A stretch of 64,000 bases of DNA from Chrysomallon squamiferum. Its lineage: Eukaryota > Animalia > Mollusca. The notes beneath the pieces were generated by a model that was not told where the DNA came from, did no database searches, and worked only from the letters and a program-made list of their open reading frames with translations. Shown one piece after another: positions 30,380-47,522 of this stretch (positions are counted from its first letter, which is position 1; the number at the start of each line of letters is the position of its first letter). Both the position numbers and the translations under genes were made by a program. The stretch is from positions 15,252,001 to 15,316,000 of the forward strand of contig CM022667.1 in the NCBI GenBank assembly GCA_012295275.1, written 5' to 3'.

Positions 30380-31517
30380 ATTCATGTTATGACCAGTCGA
30401 AACTATTCTACGACAATGAAGCATCCGAATCCATAAAATCTTTTCTGACTGCTAAAACGAAACCTTGCAAGCCAACTATTAAATATATTATTCAAGGTAA
30501 AAACATTTATTCGTTCGACAAACGTTACGTTTTCTCTAAAATTACACCATGAACTCAGTCTCATTACCGTCTCAGTAAATCATCATGGAGTATATTTGAC
30601 AGTATTCCAAAGAGAATTTTCCGAATAATTAACAACGATCAATATCAAACAGCTTTGTACATCGACATTAGCCAACCACAGTTAAATACCATCAAGTAAG
30701 ATGTGGAAGCAAAGTTTTACATCAAAGATTTCTCTTGCCGGCCAACTTCAGTGGTAATAGTGAAAACAGGAAATGTTCAAATATTCTAAAAGCTAGGAAG
30801 TACCACAAATGCTGCAGGTATCCTCTGTCGAATTCGTCTCGTTTAAAGCACCTTTTACTTGACATCTGCAAATAGTAATGAACGTTATCAAAGAAATGTC
30901 CGGAATAAGAACATTTACACGTGTAGTGATTAACTGATGCACTGATGATTGATGGATTAAAATATTAATAGTAGATAAAATTGGTAACGGTATCCATAGT
31001 TCTGTAAATAATTTATTTTACTTAGTAGTCATCGACTGAGAATAATGTTAGCATGTGATTCTTAACTATGAATGCTCTGTATATTCATGGACATAATGTC
31101 ATTGATTGATTATGAGATGTCAAAAGAGCCTTTCGACGTCAATGTTTTTAATTTACCTGAAACAGCGCAAATAAAAATGGTAATTTCAAATGGTCACATC
31201 CTCACTGGAAGATATATTTTTGAAACTGGAACTGTAATAGAAGACATAGAAGAAGGACAGCAGATAGACTGGTTTGTGGACAAACGTGAATGGATCAAAC
31301 GTTTGTGTGTAAAATATAGTAGAGAGATACAGAGTTGATGAATCATACACCTAAGAGAGATCGTTCTGAAAGCTGCGTCCGATCTACGGTGAATCTTTTG
31401 TAAATGAATCATAACAACAGAAGTTAACTTTAGAAAACTTTATTACACGTACAAGGAAAGCGCAGGCAAATATACAGACTTATTTCACAGTAGATTATCT
31501 AGTTTGTTCAGCTGTGA
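30380..31517 (+). pseudogene. Decayed A5-type exon 3
   Basis: cacag|ATTCATGTTATGAC acceptor, plus KPCK, IPKRIFRIINN and QIDWFVDKREWI matching A5. It has multiple stops and deletions and ends tttgttcagctgtga. Confidence 0.85.
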
Positions 31518-32237
31518 AATAAAGTACGGAACTTATAGAATTTTTTTTACGTGATATAACTCTGACATTTTCTAACTTGCATAGACTGTTTTTAATATAA
31601 GAAATTATCATTGAAACGTTTGACATTTTTCTATGGAAATAACATAAACAGTTTACAGTTTTGCAAGCGGCCTCTTTTCATTCAGAATAATATGATGATT
31701 CAAAATCTGTTATTATAATGCAACCATTTAGATAATTTTATGTCTGATTTGGTTTTATGGACATTTTTAATACGACAAACTTCGAACGACATCGTAACGA
31801 CAAGTAAACGGCACTTTCGGCTAACAATCCGACATATTCGAGAACATGGCTCCTGGAGAGGAGTATTTCGGATATACCGATCATGCGCAGTCGAAGTTAT
31901 ATTCAGACGACCGCTCCGAGGCTACGTCACTGACACTGTGCCCAGCATCAAGCATCCCAGATTTTTTCTCACTGACTTTTAGTGATAAACGTACATTTTC
32001 AAACCGCATTTTATAAACATTATTTATTTGTTATCCTACTGAAATATTAGCATCCTGATCAAGTGGCCTGCAACGTGAAATTTTTATTCTCATCTCGTCA
32101 CATACGGAAATCGACGCGTCTTACAGTTTACCAAGTAGGCTATCGACAGTGATTTTTCGTTATAATTATGTAGCATAGTATTTGAAATTGTACACCTTTC
32201 TTTTTCGGTTCAAACCTAGTATTATCGGTACTAAAAT

Positions 32238-32283
<46 letters not shown>

Positions 32284-32584
32284 AATACTTGATTTATTAA
32301 TATCACTAATAGAAACCTTCATATACACATGTATTTTATTTTTATTAGAATACTTGAATATTATTATCTATATTATTATACTTGCTATATTATTACGTTT
32401 ATTAAAAAAAAAAAAAAGACTGATATATTAATATTTGTATTACTGCAGTTGATAAATAGTTAATCAATTTTTGTTACCTCATAAGAAATATTATTTTCTG
32501 TCAGTACTGCTTTTTGCACGACCAAAAGATAGAAACGCATTTAAATCTTGATGCTACCAAACTTTCCATGCCACTTCCATTCTA

Positions 32585-35500
32585 TTACATCTGAACAAAC
32601 CATCTACATTTTACGCCTTGTTGTTCACCTCTTATATATTCCGCCTGTACGTGTACAATCTCGATGTTAAAAATCCACTGGTCGTTATGATGGTTGACTT
32701 CAGCTGATAATCCGATGAAATAGAAATCTGATTAACATTGCTAAAATCAACCCCGGTTCGGTAAATCACTTCAGAAGCAACGTTACCGTCAGGTGACAAC
32801 TCTAAGGGATCGACATCAAATATTTTAAGCAGGCCATCTTGAGACTCGACTACGATACGGACAGAAGCGCCGTTGAGAATCCTTTCTCGCAGACTTCCAA
32901 GCGATCCATTCTCAATTTCTCCGTCACTACTGACAACCAGTGCTTCATTCCATGTACGTGTATCTGTAAACCAGTCTATTCGGGTTCGATTTTCGTAAAT
33001 TCCAGTTTTCACGCCCGTCTCATATTTGTAAACAAAAGTCTGCAAGTGACCATCTGAAAACGCCATCTTTCATCTGTTCCAGATTCTTCAAAATCTTTTA
33101 TTTGTCCTGAATGACCGAACGCACTGGCTCCAATAGGCAGCATCATATCCTCAAGGCTCACTGTGATGTTTTCACGAACAATGTAGACTACTTTAGTTTC
33201 TGAAGCAATGTCTTCTGTGACAATCCTCAGTCGATGACCACCAAGCAAAGATTGAATTAAAGCTGTAACCGATCCGGACAGCACTCTTCCAGATTCGTCT
33301 ACAGAATATACTTTAATCCAGCAGCTATCAGTGCACCAAGTGTGAGGTATTTGGTCTGACGAAGTAGAAGCTGAGTTTTCAATTCCAATCTGCCGTCGAA
33401 GGACTCGCTTCATCCCATATGAGTCCACTCTGTATATGTACCACTGCGGTGTGCTGGTGAAATTCGCATACGTTGAAGACGTCTCTGTCTCCACACTAAC
33501 AACAGTCTCCTCGACAGATTTTGAATCTTTTGAGATAAACACGGTTTTAGATAACATTAATGCTGATCCTTCTTTTATTCTGGAAGTCAACAGATTAATT
33601 TCACCTTCAAGAACTGATCCATTTCCGCTATTACTAAAACATGGTTCCCCATCTGAGAAATCTTTGACAAACCACTTGGCTGTGATTTCACTCGTGGCGG
33701 ACTCTATGAATGATCCGGCAATATGGACAGACATCATTGTTTGATATTTGCTGTCTAAAGTGGCATAGAAGAGTCTTACTACATCATCGCTGAATGTGTC
33801 CCAGGATGATTTATTAAGATGATAGATAAACAGGGTCAGCGTTGTGTTTCCCTGAACTTCAGCAAAGTCGATGGAGTGGATTTTAGTTCCATTAATAACC
33901 GTCTTGAAGTTCGCTTTGCATGGTTGGCTCACTTCAGATTGAAACTGCTCCAAAGATTCAGGATGTCCAGTTTCATGGATAAGCCGCCACTCATTAAAGC
34001 ATGTTTCTGCAAACAAAAAGAAAAAACCGCACAGATATTGATTTAAATATAATCTGATATTTTTTAATTTAACTTTGTGCCAGGTGCATGTTCTTGAACT
34101 TTCATAACCTACATTTATGTGTGTGTTTGTGTGTGTGTGTGTGTGTGCGTGTGTGTTTGTGTGTGTGTGTCTCTATAGATATATATATATACTGAGAGAG
34201 GGAGACAGAGAGAGGCAGACAGAGATAGTGATAAAGAGTGATCGAGTGACACAAAGAGAGAGAGATAGATGGAGAGAGATATAAACAGAAAGACAGAAAC
34301 AAATAAGCAGAAAGAAAGAGAATGATGTTTGTTAATACTATTATTGTTTAAATGTTTGATTACATTTCTCTAGTAGAAGTTAATCTTCACTAAAAGCACA
34401 AGTACTGATTTTATTCACTGAACTGAGGAATTCTGTCTTACAAATTTAACTATTTTCCTGTATCTTACCATTTACAGCGGTTTCACAGTACGATCCACCG
34501 AAACCTCGAGTACAAGTACAATACCCAGCATCCTTAGCAAACCCTCCATTTTTACATCTATTCTGATAAAAATTATATTTATTAATTTAATTAAATGCAT
34601 AATACTTAGTTTTACTGCAAAAGTAGAGAGAAAATAGATCTTGAAAAGTAGCTAAAGTTTTGATTTGTTTCAAAACTGAAATCGACAGTACCATAAGATA
34701 AAAATGGTGAATAATAATAAAAATAAATAAATAAATAAAAACAATATATATATGTATTCCAAACAAACTAAACAAAAAACAAAACAGCAACCAAGGAATA
34801 TATATATTTGTTTGTATTTCTAAATATCTGACTAGAAATACTCAGAAATCAATTAGAAAGTTCGCTTTTTTAAGAACATGAAACTTACTTATCTTGCTAA
34901 CATGATTGTTTACATAGAATATCCTTATAGAAACAAATAAACCAGTTATCGTCCTAATTACACATTAAAAAACATGTCGTAAAATAATCTCTGTAATTAG
35001 AATTTGTTTAATAGAATCAACTGATTAAAAGTGAGTCTAAATAATTACAATTTCGTAAACATCCTTAAGATTTATTCTTCATAAGTTCATTATTTACCGC
35101 TAGAAGGAGTGTATTTATTTATTTATTTATTTATTTTTTTTTTTTAAATTCTTTAAAATATTTATTTATTTCATTCTTTCTTTCAGTCTTTCTTTTTGAT
35201 TTCTTTTATCTCTTTTTATTTATTTTTTTATTTATCTGTTTCTTTACTTTTTTACAGAAAATGTAGTTCATTATAATTTACAATTGAAATACTTGCCATT
35301 TTGAATACAACCTATACGTCTCTTTTGTTCACAGAATTAAAAACTTATATTTTAAATATGTTGCAAAAGAAACAGATTTTAAGTAGCTTTATACACTCAT
35401 GAACTAAAACATTTTAAGTACACAATTTAAACGTAAAGTGAGATTTATTTTATTGTATATTTTAAATACTTACCATCGTAAAAAAGTTACACGAGTCGTA

Positions 35501-35791
35501 CTCTGGACTCTCAGAACTCTGATAATCTGAAATCATAAAACCAATAAGATGACCTTGTGGAGCGCAGATCATCATCGCTACACATCGTTCATCCTCGACA
35601 CAAAGTCTAGAACAGTCCAACTTTGTCGCCGTCCTCGTTTTAAATATCTTCGTTATTTTCTTGACTAACATGTCTGGTGTAATGCTCTCTTTCATCATTT
35701 CATATCTACCACAAGTGGACGATGATGAAATTAATTCGAAGCATGAAACCGAAATAAGAAAACAGACTTCCCAGATGTGAGCCATCATCAT
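32585..35791 (-). pseudogene. Family A copy A4 (A1-type), frameshifted
   Basis: Exons 35791-35474, 34562-34469 (EGF) and 34006-32585. A 4-nt deletion at ~33065 and a second shift near 32635 put the WFVQM* end out of frame. Confidence 0.82.
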
Positions 35792-37275
35792 TTTCAGCGA
35801 TAACGGTTAATCGATGTTACAAAGATAAAATCTTAAAATATTTTTTTATAGAGATCAGCTGAAATATTTCGAATTCGAGGTCGATTTTTACGATTTGAAT
35901 TTGATATCGATGTCTTCTCTCTTCGGCATTTGCGTATGTTCTGAGAAATATTGTTGTACACAAGAATTAAAAATATGTGTAACTTGGTCATCTCTGCTGT
36001 TCATCAAATGATTTCACAATTTAGTTTCTGTTTTCTTCAAATGAAAACTCCTAAAACATTTTGTCACTCCTACTTACAAGAAAATAAAATCCATATTTAA
36101 TTAACCGCTAATTGACTTTTGTGAAAACTAACAGTACATTATAGGAAACGTTTTAAAACGTTTCATTGATTTTTTGAATAATTAAATAAGCTCAAATAAA
36201 ACGTTATTAAGTCCCATTTGCCACAAGAAGCATAAAATTACCAAAAAGCAAAAGTATTATAAAACACCATTAACTCGACGTTAAACGAGAAAACATTTTT
36301 TAAAAGACATTAACGTAGAAAAAGACATGCGTTAAACGAGTCATACAAGAAAACAACATCATAACGTAACGGCGGAAAAAGTAAAAATTGTGTTAATATG
36401 CATTCATTCCATTTTTACATCCATTCTGATAAAAACTATATTTATTAATTTAAATAAATACAAAATAGTTAGTTTTACTGTAAAAATAGACAGAAGAAAG
36501 ATCGCGAAAAATAGCTAAAATTTGCATTTGTTTCAAAACTTAAATCGACAGTAACATAAGATAATACATAAAAAAAAAAGTTAATTCATTTGCGTTTATA
36601 ATTAAAACTTTTTTTGTTGTTGTTGTTGTTGTTGGCTGGTTGCTTTATTTTATTTTATTGTTTCTTTCTACTATTATTATATTTTTGGAACAAATAAGTT
36701 AGAAACTTATTAAGCCTATAATTATTAAACGATTCATAAGCAGTATATATACATACCCACACCCACATGACACACACACACACTCACACACACACACACA
36801 CATACGCACACACACACTTACTGTTTGCTCTTTTACCAGACTTTTACATCAATTGATTTCTGTTGCTTCTGTTTTTATTATTTTCAAGAGCATAAAATAC
36901 AGAAGAAAAATATTTTTATAAAATGTCTGTATCTTATATGTGTTATATTTACATTTTGTTGTTTGTAAAAGTAAATCCTGAACTAACGGTGTCGAGAATG
37001 GGCGGGTACCATTTAGAGAGCTTAGATTTCTATACAGTAAAATTAGTAATTATGTAATAATAAAAATAACCAAAATAATGTATGATAGATATAATCCAAG
37101 TATCAGAATATTTGTTACATATAGCTGTGAACAGTGTTTTCTGGGGCTATTTTGAGTTGTAGCTAATCGATCTCTGTTTGTCAACCTTATTGAGTTTCTG
37201 AATCTGAAATTAAGTACTTTAAATTTGTTCGTGTCTGTTTTTTTTTTTTTTTTTTTTTAATGTTATTATTATTTT

Positions 37276-37343
<68 letters not shown>

Positions 37344-39329
37344 GTTGTTGTTGTTATTATTATTATATTTTGTATAAAATAAATACCTTTTAAATAAAAC
37401 GTTTTCTTTTGTTAGACATGAAATGATCATGAAATCGTATTTTCTTATCGTCTTTTTTCATAATGCTATCTTGTACCAGACAGCAAATTTGCTCTCGAAA
37501 ACTTTTCTTGCACCGGACAGACAGTTCGCTTGGTAATCGTCATAGCTAACAAAAGTCTCATTTCATAATCAGAATTTTGGCCGACTGCTACCAATCCTAA
37601 GTGAAGACGTTATTTAATTGAAAGAATAAATAAATATATAAATAAATAAATAAATAAACAAACAAACAAATAAGAAAAAAGCATATACCACGATCGAAAC
37701 TAAATATCAGCTATTTGCTAACATTTATTACGACAATAGTAACACATAATACGTACAATGATAATAAGTTTCTGAAAACTAGTGAGAAAATTTACATGTT
37801 CTGTAGCTTCGTTTTTGAACTCAGTTATTTTAAAGTGTTAATATATGATTGTTTGTATAAAAAAAAATTTGACGAAATTACTTAAGAATCAGATTTCAAA
37901 TCATAAATCTCGAATTATTAGTGCCGTGAGCTCTGTTAAGAAAATCTGTAAAAAGGAATTTTCAGCATCTTTTTTATGGAATTCTTTGCAATGTTCAGTT
38001 CGCTGAACATCTGCAAAAACATCAGATATCGCAGTTTTATCATGGAATATTTTCCTGAGGAAACTCGATGAGAACAAGGTTTCAAAGTATTAACCTGTAT
38101 ATCCTGAAATTTTCAGCTGCATTTTCTTGTTAGAACGTGTCTTACCGTTACATTTGACGTCTGTGTACTTAGACTGGCTGATGACAATCTCTTGATATAG
38201 AAATAAAACACGCCGGTTTATCACTGAGGAAATTCCGTGAAAAGCAGATCTCACATTATACACGTCTCTGCGCCGTAACATCAGTTCATGGATCCTTTAA
38301 TAACTGTATTTGGAAGCAAATACAAAAAATTCCATTAGTTGCTGGCTTTGCTAATAAATGACACATAATCGGTCGTTCTGACTGGTTCTGTTTTGGTATT
38401 ATGCTGTTTCAAAAGTCATGAAAAATGTTACCATTTATTCCTTCAGTATCTTATTTTCGCATTGTTTGTAAAGAACCAGCATATGCAACGAAAAATACAC
38501 TTTGAAGCTACTAACAAGTAGCATAGTTCTGAGAAAACTAAATAATTATCTAAAATAAAAACTATCTTTCCGACAAATTCAACCAATGATTTTTTTTTAA
38601 GTATACCAACAGATCGCTCCAGGTGACTCAGAGAGCGATTTAGAATAATGTTAAGAATAATGAAAATGAAAGCATAAACTAAGTTTAAATAATTTTTATT
38701 CAGAATAGTTCAAAAGTCTAAACAAAGCTAAAATTATTTCGGTGTTCGCTTTGTCTATTCAGAGTCATCAGTATAGTCCTTCATCGTTAGACGTAATCAC
38801 AGTTCTGTGTTCAAATCTTCACTCAGCCGAGTTTGTATCAAGCTGATCCGTCCCTGTATTAAATAAATAAATGGATAAATAAAGTAACAATATTTTGGAA
38901 ACAAATTATGGTTACAGTCACTGAGTTATAGAAATAACAATAGCAGCATAATCATTATAAATACAGACTTCATGCATATATGTAAATAAGTATCTAAATT
39001 CGTTTATGTGTCTGTAAATCTGCGTGTGTATATATGTGTCTGCATTTGTATCTATCAATCTATGTATAAGTATGTGTGAATTTGCAAGTATGTACATATA
39101 TGTTGGTATTTACACATATTAGTATGCATGCATTCATTCATACATGTGTGTCTCTAAGTATATCTGTAGATTTCTATCTGCGTGCAAATTTACTGATGAC
39201 CAATAATCATTTATTTTCTCGATTTAGAACATTACTATCATGTATTTAATAATGCTTTAATTTGTTCTTCTAAATTTCTCTATTTAAGTGGTTTCAAGAG
39301 GGATAAGAAAACATACCTTTAGTTAGTTC

Positions 39330-40360
39330 CTATTCGGTTTCTGTCTCTTTCTTTGTTTCCTCGTCAAGTTCAGTGTTCATTTCATTTTCCGCTTCTTTCT
39401 CTTCGCTGGATTCTTGTTTATCTTCAGCAGCCAGTTCAGACTCCATATCTTTCTCTTCCTTCTCTTCCTTGTTAGATTCCTTTTCCAACTCCTTCGTTAT
39501 CTCATCTTCCGCCTTTTTCTCTTCCTCTGCCATTTTCTCTTTGATATCTTTTTCCATTTTGTCGATGACGTCAGCGGCTTTGTTCAAAGCATCAGCTTCG
39601 TCAGTTTGTTTGTCTTTGAGGAGGAGGTCTGCGATTTCTCTGAGCAGACCTGACACATCACCTAATCCCATACTAGATTGTCCTTCACCACCTCCTAATC
39701 CCGAGCCAGATAGTCCATCCCCTCCTCCTAATCCCATACCTGATAATCCATTATCTCCACCTAATCCCAATCCCATACCTGATAGTCCATCATCTCCTCC
39801 TAATCCCATACCTGATAGTCCATCACCTCCTTCTAATCCCATACCTGATAGTCCATCTCCTCCTCCTAGTCCCATGCCTGATAGTCCATCACCTCCTCCT
39901 AATCCCAATCCCATACCTGATAGTCCATCACCTCCTCCTAGTCCCATGCCTGATAGTCCATCACCTCCTTCTAATCCCAAACCGACACCTGATAGTCCAT
40001 CACCTCCTCCTAATCCCAAACCGATACCTGAGAGTCCATCTCCTCCTAATCCCAATCCCATACCAGAGAGTTCATCACCTCCTCCTAATCCCAATCCCAA
40101 GCCAGACAGTTCATCACCTCCTCCTAATCCCAATCCCAAGCCAGTGAGTTCATCACCTCCTCCTAATCCCAATCCCAAGCCAGAGAGTTCATCACCTCCT
40201 CCTAATCCCAATCCCAAGCCAGAGAGTTCATCGCCTCCTCCTAGTCCCAGTCCCATACCAGAGAGTCCCAGTCCGATAGAGGCATCGTCCAGATCTTTAT
40301 CACTAGTCAGCAGGGCTAGAAGATCAGCGATTTTGTCCGAGCCTAAGCTATTTTTACCAT
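39330..40360 (-). CDS. Family G copy G2, main exon (5' exons lost in the assembly gap)
   Basis: Acceptor ctccag|ATGGT at 40360, open frame to TAG at 39330, donor at 39317 and terminal exon from 38853. Confidence 0.8.
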
Positions 40361-40504
40361 CTGGAGAGAAGACAATAGTAATAACTTAGTGACATTTGTC
40401 AATAGTTGAAGGAAGTTAAGTTTAATGTTTTTATATATATTAACTTATATATAGTTTAGTTTATTTAATTATTTAAACGGTAATATTAAATTCATCTTTA
40501 TTTT

Positions 40505-40704
40505 NNNNNNNNNNNNNNNNNNNNNNNNNNNNNNNNNNNNNNNNNNNNNNNNNNNNNNNNNNNNNNNNNNNNNNNNNNNNNNNNNNNNNNNNNNNNNNNN
40601 NNNNNNNNNNNNNNNNNNNNNNNNNNNNNNNNNNNNNNNNNNNNNNNNNNNNNNNNNNNNNNNNNNNNNNNNNNNNNNNNNNNNNNNNNNNNNNNNNNNN
40701 NNNN
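40505..40704. other. Scaffold gap, 200 N
   Basis: Run of exactly 200 N, a fixed-size placeholder. Confidence 0.99.
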
Positions 40705-40914
40705 TAATTAGTTTCTTAGTCCGTCGCATTATGATATAGATGAATAGATAGATTAATTGATAGATAGATACAGACCGACAGATATAAAGATAGATAAATA
40801 GAGAGATGAAAAGATAAATATACTTAGAGATAGAAAGAAAGAGGTAGGCGAGAAAAGGTTTTGCAGAATAATATAAAGAATATAATAAAAATAAAGAAAA
40901 GTAAATTAGTTTAA

Positions 40915-41059
40915 AATAATTTTTATTAAGATGAAATTAAAAGTCTAAACAAAGTAAAATCTATCTTGTTGTACACTCTGTTGTATCTGTGTCATCAATA
41001 TAATCTTGTATTGTAAGACGTAACCACAGTTTAGTATTTAAATCTTCACTGATCCGTCC
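40915..41059 (-). other. Putative terminal exon of H2 (G/H-family last exon)
   Basis: The minus strand reads tttag|ggacggatcagtgaagattt..actgtggttacgtct, with AATAAA at 40927-40922. Confidence 0.6.
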
Positions 41060-41239
41060 CTAAATTAAACTAAATAAATAAACATATGCATACATAAATA
41101 AATGAAGAATATGTTGATAATGAACAAACACATATAAAATAAAAGGACAACAATAAGAACACCATCATAATAAATACTGTATGCATGAACGTTTTGTCTC
41201 CGTTTGTCTGTCTGAATTTAGGATGTACAGGTTACAGTT

Positions 41240-41585
41240 AATATGTGATGCTAGATATTTGGCCTAATGCCTGAAATATTGAGGCATTTAGGCTAACGCC
41301 CAAGGCCGTCAGGCGTTTGACCCAATGACGAAAACTTCCAGGCATTTGGCCAAACGACTGAGACAGAACTCTGGTCATTAGGCAAAGCGACTGAATGAAA
41401 ACGAATACCTTGGAGTTGAATGAAAACATTTCGAAACACATCAAGTAGTGTTCTATTTATTACTGCAGTTGAAACTTGAGTGACGTTGAACTGCACTAAA
41501 AAGTGTTCTTGAAACATTTACAACGTTTTGTTTGACGCCTATTTGTCTGCCACGTTACACCTTCTTCTCCTGCGGTCAACACAAC
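41240..41585 (-). mobile_element. Internally deleted 3' remnant of the same integrase element as 18400-20085
   Basis: The reverse complement matches ~19520-19545 (tgaccgcaggagaag) and ~19800-20075 (aatagaacactacttgatg, ggccaaa.gcctg, gttag.ctaaatgcct). Confidence 0.75.
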
Positions 41586-41930
41586 TCAAGAAATGTGCAT
41601 GGAACATGTTCCAGAAAGAACCTAGTAGAATATTCTTACGAAGTGGAAACGGCAAATACCAAAACTCTATGGATGTAAATATATCTAACCCAGTAATAAC
41701 ATCATCTAGTACAGAAATCCAAGCTCTCCGGTACGTCAAAGATGTTTGTAACGGAATATCTATCTTTGAGAACGACAACTCTGAGAATGTCGTTGAAGGG
41801 GATTTCAATTTGAAGATCTATACTGGAAAACGAAATTGTAATACAAGATACAGAAAAATAAGACTAGTTTGTGGACACACGTGAATGGGTGAAAGTTATC
41901 TGTGCAAAAGATGGTGGAGAGATACACACA
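41585..41930 (+). pseudogene. Family A exon 3 fragment
   Basis: LKKCAWNMFQKEPSRIF..NGKYQNSMDVNIS..YVKD..NG..EGDFNL, followed by tttgtggacacacgtgaatgg (FVDTREW). Confidence 0.75.
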
Positions 41931-44884
41931 CAGGGATTTTAAAAATAATATTTTGTAAAATATAAATACACTATTATACTTATTATGAGTTTTATGACGT
42001 GAAAAATAGTATGTTTATTTACATCCATCAATGAACTTGATCTGCAAGCAGATTTATTTTACGGAAAGCAATTATGTGATTTATATTTGTTGTGGAGGCA
42101 AACATGGAGACGTCGTTCCCACTGGACGCATCTGATTTGTTCAGAAGTGAACTTTTCAACACGTTTAACGCACTGACATGTTAACATTGTCAAAATACTT
42201 TTCTTATTCTTTTTTTTTTCTTTTTTAATTTTGATTTTGGTATCGACAAAATATACGCAAATTATGATTGTATGCAAATTATCAATTTTTTTTTTTTTTT
42301 TTTAAAGAATGCATGATCATCAGTAAATGTTATAAATATCAATGATGAAATTTAATTTGTTTGTGATCAACTGACTGGAATTCGCTCTGACTTGCCGTAG
42401 AGTTCTAAAAGAGATCTCTCATCTTTAACCATTTTGAACTTTCTGTTGTCATTATATTCACAGTAGACTGTTTCCAGCCAAGAGAATTATTTATTAATGA
42501 TGGTTATGTTTGTAAATGTTCTTTTTAATTTAGGATCATTGTTGTAATGTAAAACAATGAAGAGAAATGTACATTTATCTAATTCTTAGCGAAAACAATG
42601 CGATTTTCATATCTCTTTGCGCTCTTTGATTATTTTTTTTCTGGTTTCGTGTGTATTTTTCGACATTTTCTTGCAACACATTTTCATGCATAACAATCGT
42701 TTTTTTGAGGAAATATTTTGTTTTACTGTTAGTAGCTTTTGTCTTATATTTTATTCTTTGCGTTATGAGAAAGGTGAAAGAAGAAGAAATCTAAGTGTGT
42801 AGGAAGTTATAGTTGTATTGTCTGAAACAAATTTATTACTGATATAGAAATGTTACAGAGACTACAGCTAGTTTTAAGGACTTTTAAACGTTAGTGTTGT
42901 GAGATTAGGAGAATGGTACAAAGGCGGCTGCTAGGGTGGCAAGAGAAGGACAAAGTGAAAGAGAGCGAGAGAAAGAAAAAAAGAAAACAAAGAAAACGAG
43001 ATGAGAAGAGAACAGAACAGAGACAAAAGAGAAAAGAACAGAGACAAAAGAGAAGAAACAAACAAAAAAATAAAATAAAGAAAAGAGGAAAAAGGAAAAG
43101 AATGTAAATAAATAAATAAAAGGAAAACAAAAAGAGTGAGTTTTTGTGGGCTAAAGCTGTGCTGTGTTAAATAAAATATGAACATTTGCTAACGTAGTAA
43201 CATATTATATCTGTTTCGGCTGTAAACAAGGTAAATGATTTACTTTTTTTAGATTAATTTTATACTTTTGTTTATTTCTTTTTCTTTCTTTCTTTCTTTC
43301 TTTGCTTCTTTCTTTATTTTGACAAACAGAATCATTACAGCTATCACAAAAGAAAAGGAAAAAAAAAGAAAAGAAAAAACAACAGAGAAAGAAAATTCCC
43401 CCCTCCCACATGAAAATAAATTTTATTGAACACTCTAAAATTACAATATTATCATAAAGACATATATCATGGGTATATTATTAGAAATATCACGTTAGCT
43501 TCCCTGAATTAACAGTCCTAAAATAAAAATGGAAAAAGAAAAAGAAAAGTTTACAAAACAAAAGAAATTATTGTTCAAGGTTTTGTTACTAATGACTATG
43601 AACAGTGAGTCAGTGACGAAGAAACTTGAAATTAATTATTTTGGAATATTTTCTTTTTAAAGTTTTTGAACCAACCAAATTGTTGTATGAAATATTTTAT
43701 TTCATAATTTATAGCAAGCGTTTGTCTGTTTAAAATTGAAGCATTAACATATGAAAGGTGATATTACGATACTTTTAGTAGAATGACAGTTAATATATTT
43801 ACTGCATAACTGTTTCTATCTATGTATGTATATACGTGTTCATAGACACAGACACGCACACACGCACCCATATGAAGCACACAAGCTGACTTTAATTTAA
43901 TTATAAACAATGTTAAAATTATGATCCTCACAGAATTATGACAGTAACAATAATAACAACACCAACGATATCATCATTATCCTCTTGCCTGCTTATCAGT
44001 AATAAGTGTAATGAAAACATATATCAATAAGAAATCTATAGTTTCCAGTATCACAAAAGAATTATAAATTGCTGTAGGAAGAATTACTGCAATCATTTAT
44101 TTCACTACAAAGGTTTGTTCTCTGAAATAATTAAGCAAAAAATCAAGGTAGAAATGATTTAATTGATTGAGGATATACAATAAAAACACTTGAATGCACT
44201 GTCGTGTTATTTCTAAAGATGCAGTAATCTGTATCTAATACAACAACTGCATGAAGCTGTAAATAAAGGCAGTGTCGATCAAGGTTAAATAATTAAATAT
44301 CTACGCAACACACTGTTTTGTTTCAGTATCATAATGCACTGATGGTAGAGGGTCGTGCTAGTGTAAACGATTAAACCATTTTACTCTTTGATAAGATCCT
44401 GACTGACTTGTTAAATAAAGTATGAGCGATTTGTCTTTCAAATCTTTTGTAACATAGATTTATTCTTCAGACTTTTTAAACTTATATTTAATCTATAATG
44501 ATATATTTTTGTGGACATGACACAAACAATTTCATCGGATTGATTAATCTTATGAATTTTATATGTTATGACAATTATGCATCAATAAATCGAAGAAAAT
44601 AAATAAAATGTAGTGTATTTTTTTAGTCCTATCGATACTATGCGAATATTAACAAACAAACACATAAAGCACAGACGCACAACTGGTATTTACACACAAA
44701 CAAACACAACGTATAACCAACCCCATAGAAATACAGCTTGTTTTTATTTTGTCAGCTTATTTTAAGAAATATGGATGTATTTAACGGATCTTTCAGCAGT
44801 TAGTAAAATATTTTACTTCAGATTGCATTTTTTTTCATTTCACAAACGAGTTCTTATTAGAATCTCTCTATAAGAATAACTGTT

Positions 44885-47522
<2,638 letters not shown>

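Larger units (their letters stand above)
30760..40504. repeat. Left arm of a near-identical inverted duplication (partner 54216-64000)
   Basis: Mirrored, near-identical ORF set: 31072/63688, 31740/63019, 35791/58942, 38281/56443 and 40256/54472. The arm ends exactly at the N gap. Confidence 0.92.

Noticed and set aside
42913-43107. Lys/Arg-rich ORF resembling a protamine or NLS protein
   Set aside because: It is a purine-rich low-complexity tract that is not conserved in the duplicate block near 48700-48880.
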